From: Acidimicrobiales bacterium | Lineage (GTDB): Bacteria > Actinomycetota > Acidimicrobiia > Acidimicrobiales > SZUA-35 | Direction of reading: 5' to 3' | NCBI GenBank assembly: GCA_041584095.1 | Contig: JBFHEP010000002.1 | Span: 1 to 40,022 of the forward strand | Length of the DNA: 40,022 nt | Part shown: positions 33,851-40,022 of the stretch, piece after piece | How the letters are laid out: each line of letters opens with the position of its first letter | Position numbering within the stretch: the first letter of the stretch is position 1 | Notes under the pieces: model-generated | Database searches by the model: none | What the model saw: only the letters and a program-made list of their open reading frames with translations | Told to the model about the DNA's origin: nothing | Position numbers and translations under genes: made by a program

Positions 33851-34408
33851 GAATAGGGTTCCGGAGGTGGTCCTCCTTGTCGGCGGGTGAGGTGTCGCTC
33901 TGTCGTGCGACAACGCATAGATTAGCGCCTCATCAGCATCTGTCAACCTGAAACCACCAGCAGCCCCAAACTTCGATACCTGAGGACGTTGTCATCGCGA
34001 TGAAATATTACGACTCTACGGACCCTGTTTCAGCTGGTGGTCGCGTGTCATGTCGCCCTCGCTTCGACGTCGTTCCGTAAGATTGGCCGGTCACCGCCGG
34101 CGGGGTGCTGAAGGGGACGGTGTCGCTACGACGCCATCAAATCCTCCGGTTGGACTACAACATTCAAGCTGCTGCCGCTAGGCTCGGTGCAGACGTTCGG
34201 CGATTCAGGCTGCCGCCCAACCCGCCAAACGGCTCGTAACGGTGACTAGAGGAACCAGGACGTCGGCTCAAAGAAGGTCCCACGGCAGGGAGGTCCGAGG
34301 ACCGGAGTGAGCGGACGAAGAACAAAGCGGTCCAAGAGGGACGTTTGCCGCAACGACCGAACGGGTTCGATGCGGGGGCGGACGGTCGGAACGTTCAGGA
34401 GTTGATGC

Positions 34409-36502
34409 ATGGTGGAGCTGAACGAGGAGGCGAGGGACTACCTCACCGGCGACAATGCAAAGGCGGCACTGATGTCGCAATACGGATCGCCGACGATCGC
34501 CTCCACCTCCTCCGCCGTCGACTACGGCTTGCCGTTGGTGGTTGCCGGCCTGAAACGCCGGGCAGAGGATTCGGCAGGCATCGTCAATCTCCTGAATCTG
34601 GTTCGCTCGCTCGACACGAGCCAGCTCGGCACGGAGGCGATGTGGAGCCGAACCTCCCACCGCGCGGTCATGGGCCCGGACCTGACCGAGATTCTGTTTC
34701 GTGACCAGAACGGCCAAGGCACCCACGAAACCGTGATCGCCAAGCTGGCCGAGCGGGCCCGGGTCGACTTCGAAACCGCGCAGGGCATTCTCGGCTCCTG
34801 CACGTGGATGCTGCTGGCCGTGCTCGTCAATCGCTACAGCCGTTCCCTCGACCGGCAGACGCTGCTGCGGGTGGCCGACGAGGAACGCCGGCTGCTCTCG
34901 GAGCAGGGGTGGGATCCGTGGATCCGCGCCGTCGAGTGGGAAACCAACGCAGTCGGAGGCAGCGATACCCTCTACGTCGATTCCCTTCCCACTCCACCGA
35001 GAACCACCACCGCCAGTACCGGGGACCGCTCGGGCCGGTACCCGCCTCCGGTGAGCCGGGGCGATCGCAGCGATGGGCCCGCACATTCTTTTGCGCCCGA
35101 ACCCCCCAACACCGGCCGCCGGTCGGAAGGACACGAGGCGGCGGGTCTGGGCGGAGTCGGCCTCGGCGGATATGCACCACCCGAACGCCCCGGCCGTGGC
35201 CCCGCACCGATCGAGTACGGCGGCGGACGTGGACCCGACTATCCCGATCCGCGCCTCGCGTCGGGCCGCCGTCGCCCGATGACCGCGCCCCAGCCGGCGC
35301 ATCGGCATACCCGGCCCCGAGCACCGATGCCCGAGCCGAAGCCTCGACGGTGGCCGATAGCGGTGGCATTGGCCGCCGTGCTGCTCTTGGCCGGCGGTGT
35401 CTGGTGGCTCATCGGCGGCGGTGATGACACCGATGTCGACTCCGCCCAAGGCGAAGCGGTCGACTCGGCGGTCACGGCAACCGACGAGGCGTCCGGCTCC
35501 GACGAGTCGACCGACGCCGCGGCGGCGGAGTCCGGCGATGGCGCAGCCCTGGCCACCGACTACACCGGAATCGTCACCATGGACGTTCCCATGCGCGACA
35601 TCTTCACCGGCGAGACCACCAACGCAACAGGCAGCGTGACCTTCACCATCGATGCCAACACCGGCGAGGCGTGCGCCCTGGTGGCGACTGACGGGGTTTC
35701 GGGTCCGTACGCTTCACACATCCACCTTGGCGCCTTCCGGGAACGGGGTCCGGTGGTTGTGAATTTCGGCGACATGAACGACGGGGTCGAGAAGTGTGTC
35801 GCCAACGATCTCGACGACATCAACGAGATATTGGCCGATCGGTCCGAGTACTACGGTGAGATGCACGACGTCGGCGGTGAGTACACCGTGCGCGGACAGC
35901 TGTCGGAAGCCGATCCGTTCGATGATCGGCGCGACCCGGCTCTCCTTCCCGACCTTGACGGCGGCTCGGCACTGTTCGACACCGACCCCGACCCGCTTCT
36001 GAACGGCGCCCGCGTCCGATTCGAGGGGTCGACGCTGGTGGCCACCGGCGAGGTCGACAGCCAGGAGGTCCTCGACGCCCTCATCTCGGCGCTCGAGGCA
36101 TCGGGTGTGACGGTTGTGAACGAATTGCTGGTGGTGCCGGGCTCGCCGCCGCCGTCCGGGCGGTTCATCGCCAACCAAGGACTCACGTTCGGGGTCGGCA
36201 GTGATCAGCTCGAAGGCGATAACAGTGCGGTGCTGGAAACGATGGCGAAGGTTCTCGCCGCCAATCCGGATTGGAAACTCACCGTTGCCGGCCACACCGA
36301 CAGCACCGGGTCAAGGGTCGACAATCTCGAACTGTCCCAGCGCCGGGCGATCACCGTTCGTACGGCACTCGAGGAGCTGGGTGTCGCCACCGATGTGCTG
36401 AAGATCGCCGGCTACGGTCCGGAGCAGCCGATCGGCGACAACAGCACGGCCGAGGGACGTCGCCGGAACCGGCGCATCGAGTTCGTCATCGACCCCACCT
36501 GA
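34409..36502 (+). CDS. bitopic envelope protein: DUF937-like cytoplasmic domain, Pro/Arg/Gly linker, TM, CHRD-like, BON-like and OmpA-C peptidoglycan-binding domains
   Basis: ATG at 34409, 7 nt after AGGAG. TM helix: WPIAVALAAVLLLAGGVWWLIGG. CHRD-like: GSVTFTIDANTGEACALVATDGVSGPYASHIHLGAFRERGPVVVNF. BON-like: VRFEGSTLVATGEVDSQEVLDALISALEASGVTVVNELLV. OmpA-C: FGVGSDQLEGDNSAVLETMAKVLAANPDWKLTVAGHTDSTGS...NLELSQRRA...NRRIEFVI. Confidence 0.8.
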   Translation: MVELNEEARDYLTGDNAKAALMSQYGSPTIASTSSAVDYGLPLVVAGLKRRAEDSAGIVNLLNLVRSLDTSQLGTEAMWSRTSHRAVMGPDLTEILFRDQNGQGTHETVIAKLAERARVDFETAQGILGSCTWMLLAVLVNRYSRSLDRQTLLRVADEERRLLSEQGWDPWIRAVEWETNAVGGSDTLYVDSLPTPPRTTTASTGDRSGRYPPPVSRGDRSDGPAHSFAPEPPNTGRRSEGHEAAGLGGVGLGGYAPPERPGRGPAPIEYGGGRGPDYPDPRLASGRRRPMTAPQPAHRHTRPRAPMPEPKPRRWPIAVALAAVLLLAGGVWWLIGGGDDTDVDSAQGEAVDSAVTATDEASGSDESTDAAAAESGDGAALATDYTGIVTMDVPMRDIFTGETTNATGSVTFTIDANTGEACALVATDGVSGPYASHIHLGAFRERGPVVVNFGDMNDGVEKCVANDLDDINEILADRSEYYGEMHDVGGEYTVRGQLSEADPFDDRRDPALLPDLDGGSALFDTDPDPLLNGARVRFEGSTLVATGEVDSQEVLDALISALEASGVTVVNELLVVPGSPPPSGRFIANQGLTFGVGSDQLEGDNSAVLETMAKVLAANPDWKLTVAGHTDSTGSRVDNLELSQRRAITVRTALEELGVATDVLKIAGYGPEQPIGDNSTAEGRRRNRRIEFVIDPT

Positions 36503-36668
36503 TCGACGGGCCGCATCGGCTGCCGTCCGCAGCTCGGATGTTTGCACCTGAAGGATTTCTTGCCTCAAGGCTCGCTTTTCGTGTCATTTCTGACCAGAAT
36601 CGAACATGACGCTCCAAACAACCGCCTGGGGCGTCGCCCCGATCAGAGGTGGAGGCACCGATCCGCCG

Positions 36669-37223
36669 CTACGTGCCTCCACCTCGCTCTGGGGAGTCGG
36701 GAGACTGGGTTGGGTCGACTGTCGCGTCATGGCTGTAGCCGAGCGCGGCCAATATCTGATTCAGCAGCTCCAGAACGGAGCCGAGATCATCGCCCAGAAA
36801 ACGGGTGAAGTACCGCTCGATGCCGTCGAGGTGGGTGGGGCTGGCCGCCTTGAGCACCTCGAATCCCTCGTCGGTCAGGACGGCGTGCTTGACCCGTCCG
36901 TCGTCGGCGTCCGACTCGCGGCGAACCAGGCCTTCGGCTGCCAGACGATCGACCAGACGGCTGCAGTTCGACGGCGAGATCAGCAGGGCCGACGCAAGGT
37001 TCCCCATCGTTCGACGACCGCCGGCTTCGACGAGCTGGACGAGGACGTCGTACCACTCGATTGAGAGTTCATGTCCGGCCTGGAGATCGTCGTCCATCTG
37101 ACGGACGATCCTGGTGTGGGCCTCGAGAAAGAGGCGCCACACCCGTAGCCGCTCGTCGTCCTGCCAGCGCCTCGCCACGCTTCCATCCGTCGTCAACGAT
37201 CCGTTCCCCTCCTGTGCGGACAC
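36669..37223 (-). CDS. MarR-family transcriptional regulator
   Basis: 184 aa with a GTG start 6 nt after the paaZ stop. wHTH motif: WYDVLVQLVEAGGRRTMGNLASALLISPSNCSRLVDRLAAEGLVRRESDADDGRVKHAVLTDEG. Confidence 0.85.
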   Translation of the reverse strand: MSAQEGNGSLTTDGSVARRWQDDERLRVWRLFLEAHTRIVRQMDDDLQAGHELSIEWYDVLVQLVEAGGRRTMGNLASALLISPSNCSRLVDRLAAEGLVRRESDADDGRVKHAVLTDEGFEVLKAASPTHLDGIERYFTRFLGDDLGSVLELLNQILAALGYSHDATVDPTQSPDSPERGGGT

Positions 37224-37229
37224 CTCAGT

Positions 37230-39275
37230 TTACGACGGTTGATCGCGGGTGGCGACCATCGTGAGGACGTCGTAGACGGCGGCGACCTCGCCGTTCTGGT
37301 TGACGACCTGCGTGTCCCACGCCACCTCGCCGTAGCCGGCACCGGCCCGCAGCGTCTTACGCTTGCACGTGAGGGTGACGGTGAGCGTGTCGCCGGGATA
37401 GGTCGGCGTGGCGAAGCGGAGCCTGTCGAGGCCGTAGTTCGCCAGCACCGGGCCCGGGTCGGGGTCGACGAACAGCCCGGCCGCTGCGGACAGCACGAAG
37501 TAGCCGTGAGCCACCCGACCATCGAAGATGGGCGACGCCTTGGCCGCATCGTCGTCCATGTGGGCATAGAAGTTGTCGCCGGTGAGATCGGCGAACCGTT
37601 CGATGTCATCAAGGGTCACGGTTCGGCTATCGGTGACGAGGGAGTCGCCGACCTCGAGGTCCTCGAAGTGGAGCCGGAAGGGATGGCCCTTGGTCTCATT
37701 GCGGGGGGCGCCGGCCTGGTACTCACCGGTGATGGCGGTCATGGCCGCCGGCGAAGCCTGTATGGCGCTGATCTGGAGGTGATGCTTCACCGCTCGCATC
37801 CCGCCGAGTTCCTCGCCGCCGCCGGCGCGCCCGGGTCCACCATGAACAAGGTTTGGCAGCGGTGCGCCGTGACCGGTGTGTGATTCGAGACTGGTCTCGT
37901 CGACCACCTGGACCCGACCGTGATGGCAACCGAGTGCCACGGTCAGCGTGGCGGCCTCGGCCGGGTCGTCGGTGAACACGGAGGCGACCAGGCTGCCCCG
38001 GCCGAGGGCGGCGAGTTCGACCGCCTCGTCGGCCGAGTCGTAACCGATCACCGTCGACACCGGACCGAACGCCTCGACCTGATGGATGGCGTCGGCCCGC
38101 TTGTCGGTGGCCTGCAGCAGGGTAGGGGCCATGAACGCCCCTCGCTCTGGATCGACGCCGACGAACTCGCAGCGATCGGTGATGACGGCGGCCGCGGATT
38201 TGAGCCGAGCGACGGCGTCGCGGACCTCCGCCCGCTGGTCGATTCCGGCCAGGGCGCCCATGGTGGTGGTCTTGTCGGCCGGGTCGCCGACGACGACGTC
38301 GGCGAGTGCGGCTTCGAGCGCTTCGATCGTGGCATCGCGGTGCTGTTCCGGAACCAGGATGCGGCGGATGGCCGTGCACTTCTGGCCGGCCTTCGTCGTC
38401 ATCTCGTTGACGACCTCGTTGACGAATCCGGTGAAGGTGGCCGTGCCCGGTGCCGCGCCCGAGCCGAGGATGGCGCTGTTGAGCGAGTCGGCCTCGGCCG
38501 TGAACCGGACGGCCTCGTTGATGATGGTGGGGTGGGCCCGCAGCAGGGCGGCGGTGGTGGCCGATCCGGTGAAGGCGACGCTGTCCTGGCCGTCGAGTTG
38601 ATCCAGGAGATCGCCTGTGCCACCGCAGATCGCCTGGAGTGACCCGTCGGGCAGCAGCCCCGACTCAGCGATGAGACGCATGACCGCCTCGGTGAGGTAG
38701 GCGGTGGGCGAGGCGGGTTTGGCGATGGTGGGGACGCCGGCCAGGAATGCGGGAGCGAACTTCTCCAGCATGCCCCAACACGGGAAGTTGAAGGCGTTGA
38801 TCTGGACGGCAACTCCGGTTCGCGATGTTCCGATGTGAGCGCCGAGGAACGAGCCGTCACGGGCCAGTGGTTCGACGTCGCCGTCGATCAGCACCGTTGA
38901 ATCGGGAAGTTCGCGGCGGGCCTTGGAGGCGTAGCTCAACAGCACGCCGATCCCGCCGTCGATGTCGAACCACGAGTCGGATCGGGTGGCACCGGTCGCG
39001 GTCGATACCGAATACAGTTCGTCCTTGCGTTCCATCAGGTACTTCCCGAGCGACCGTAGGATGGCCGCCCGCTGGTGGAATGTCATGGCCCGCAGTTCGG
39101 GCCCGCCGGTGTCGATCGCGTACCGGCGGACTGCCGCCATGTCGATTCCGTGGTCCACGAGGGTGGCCACCGGCTCGCCGGTCACGGCGCTGGTCAGCAC
39201 CCGCCCGTCGGTCGATACCGGGGTGTGCCAGCTGCCGAGGATGTAACTTTCGAGAACCGGAGTCAAGCTTGTCAT
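37230..39275 (-). CDS. paaZ: bifunctional aldehyde dehydrogenase / MaoC-type hydratase PaaZ (oxepin-CoA hydrolase / 3-oxo-5,6-dehydrosuberyl-CoA semialdehyde dehydrogenase)
   Basis: 681 aa, the same length as E. coli PaaZ. The N-terminus aligns by eye (LRAMTFHQRAAILRSLGKYL, TGATRSDSWFDIDGGIGVLLSYAS). ALDH core: FTGSATTA, GQKCTAIRR. C-terminal hotdog domain: DIERFADLTGDNFYAHMD. Confidence 0.9.
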   Translation of the reverse strand: MTSLTPVLESYILGSWHTPVSTDGRVLTSAVTGEPVATLVDHGIDMAAVRRYAIDTGGPELRAMTFHQRAAILRSLGKYLMERKDELYSVSTATGATRSDSWFDIDGGIGVLLSYASKARRELPDSTVLIDGDVEPLARDGSFLGAHIGTSRTGVAVQINAFNFPCWGMLEKFAPAFLAGVPTIAKPASPTAYLTEAVMRLIAESGLLPDGSLQAICGGTGDLLDQLDGQDSVAFTGSATTAALLRAHPTIINEAVRFTAEADSLNSAILGSGAAPGTATFTGFVNEVVNEMTTKAGQKCTAIRRILVPEQHRDATIEALEAALADVVVGDPADKTTTMGALAGIDQRAEVRDAVARLKSAAAVITDRCEFVGVDPERGAFMAPTLLQATDKRADAIHQVEAFGPVSTVIGYDSADEAVELAALGRGSLVASVFTDDPAEAATLTVALGCHHGRVQVVDETSLESHTGHGAPLPNLVHGGPGRAGGGEELGGMRAVKHHLQISAIQASPAAMTAITGEYQAGAPRNETKGHPFRLHFEDLEVGDSLVTDSRTVTLDDIERFADLTGDNFYAHMDDDAAKASPIFDGRVAHGYFVLSAAAGLFVDPDPGPVLANYGLDRLRFATPTYPGDTLTVTLTCKRKTLRAGAGYGEVAWDTQVVNQNGEVAAVYDVLTMVATRDQPS

Positions 39276-39352
39276 GGGCCCAACGTAGCGCTAAAACGCA
39301 CGGCCCCGAAGTCTGTTCTGGGCTCCGACATGGTGACTACGGCGGCAACAGC

Positions 39353-40022
39353 TCAGCCGCCGGGGACCGGACTCACGTGCTGGTCGGCGGCGTTCGAGAC
39401 CGACCGCCACCCCTCCGACGTGGTGCCGGTGGCCGGGATGCCGTCGTTCGCTTTGAGCATGGCGGCCATGTGCATGAGGTTCCAGGCCATGATCGTGGCG
39501 TTCTTGTTCGTGAACTCGGTGTCGTAGCCGACCGGCGTCTCCTGGCCATCGACGCTGTCTCCGTAGCTCGGCCCTGGTCCGATCGAGCCGATCCAACCGC
39601 AATCGGCCTGCGGTGGGATGGTGTAGCCGATGTGCTGGAGGGCGTAGAGCGTTTCGGCCGCCACGGCCTTGACGCCGTCCTCGTTTCCGGTCACAACACA
39701 GCCGGCGACCTTGCCGTAGTACAGGTATTGGCCTTTGCCGTTCGTGTCGGCGCTGTAGGCGTAGAGTCGCTCGACGGCCAGCGTGGCAACGCTCGATTTG
39801 ACGCCGAGCCAGATCGGCGTGCCGATGACGAGAATGTCGGCGTCGGTGATCCGACGCTGGATCGACGGCCAGTCGTCGGTCTCGGTCCGGGACAGATCCT
39901 TGGCCATCCCGAAGGCGATCGTGTGATCCCTGAGATGGATGATGTCGGTCGTGACGCCTTCGTCCTCCATGACGCCGGCCACCCGCCGCAGGAGCCGCAT
40001 CGTGTGGGAGCCTTCGGCCCCC
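39353..40022 (-). CDS. flavodoxin-like NAD(P)H-dependent FMN reductase family protein (5' end outside window)
   Basis: ADILVIGTPIWLGVKSSVATLAVERL is typical of the FMN_red/flavodoxin_2 fold. The frame stays open upstream of the ATG at 40000 to the window edge (…GAEGSHT-MRLL), so the gene is N-terminally truncated here. Confidence 0.7.
   Translation of the reverse strand, partial: GAEGSHTMRLLRRVAGVMEDEGVTTDIIHLRDHTIAFGMAKDLSRTETDDWPSIQRRITDADILVIGTPIWLGVKSSVATLAVERLYAYSADTNGKGQYLYYGKVAGCVVTGNEDGVKAVAAETLYALQHIGYTIPPQADCGWIGSIGPGPSYGDSVDGQETPVGYDTEFTNKNATIMAWNLMHMAAMLKANDGIPATGTTSEGWRSVSNAADQHVSPVPGG

Noticed and set aside
33572-33951. 94-, 89- and 79-aa ORFs in the second spacer
   Set aside because: Third-position GC is roughly half for the 79-aa ORF by my count, against a strong GC3 bias in real genes here. 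There is no ribosome-binding site, and the internal peptide repeats are a by-product of the DNA direct repeats. I keep them only as a caveat in the spacer finding.
34000-34080. 26-codon mini-ORF MKYYDSTDPVSAGGRVSCRPRFDVVP, briefly considered as a leader peptide or RiPP precursor
   Set aside because: The GAGGA sits 13 nt from the ATG, which is poor spacing. No modification enzymes are nearby and conservation cannot be assessed. The support is too weak to call.
34363-34373. GGGTTCGATGC, which resembles a tRNA T-loop
   Set aside because: The flanking bases (ACGGG / CGGGG) cannot form a T-stem, and no acceptor or anticodon arms can be built around it. It lies 35 nt upstream of the start of the 34409 gene.
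34268-35449. 393-aa minus-strand ORF opposite the OmpA-like gene. The same issue applies to 30055..31308, 16384..17184, 19723..20703, 22216..22911, 23258..23863 and 37239..37883.
   Set aside because: All are antisense to genes with recognisable motifs. Their products are Arg/Gly/Pro-rich with no motifs, so I treat them as GC-driven spurious ORFs.

Overview
This is a 40-kb chromosomal segment from a high-GC Gram-positive organism. It looks Actinomycetota-like: DUF5318 next to a class A PBP, a class F sortase, PaaZ, and many GTG/TTG starts. A typical coding stretch (2041-2100) hand-counts at 40/60 G+C. I call about 35 protein-coding genes. I found no rRNA, tRNA, CRISPR array, transposase or integrase. 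All family names come from motif recognition by eye, not from database searches.

Gene content in order:
- Two convergent, very large extracellular proteins: a beta-propeller protein and a metallophosphoesterase with a mirrored domain layout.
- A small exopolysaccharide-type operon (priming sugar transferase plus two membrane proteins), divergent from a nucleotide-sugar dehydrogenase.
- Tandem PaaI-type thioesterases and a TauE-like permease.
- DUF5318 plus a class A PBP.
- A LysR regulator divergent from an operon of a small helical protein, a class-III aminotransferase and an EamA exporter.
- A membrane protein with an (EP)n repeat.
- A DUF4397 surface protein paired with a class F sortase.
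- A GNAT, a methyltransferase fusion and ApbE.
- A four-gene minus-strand operon: L-2-hydroxyglutarate oxidase, SDR epimerase, an ACC-deaminase-fold PLP enzyme and a membrane di-iron hydroxylase.
- A DMSP-lyase-like cupin, a transporter and a CaiB-type CoA-transferase.
- MarR plus PaaZ, and a truncated flavodoxin-like reductase at the window edge.

The most unusual part is 31.3-36.5 kb. An ECF sigma factor is translationally coupled to a sensor-less, tail-anchored Ser/Thr kinase. The pair is bracketed by two long ORF-less spacers with about 50% G+C that are full of perfect dyads and direct repeats. A DUF937-TM-CHRD-BON-OmpA envelope protein follows.
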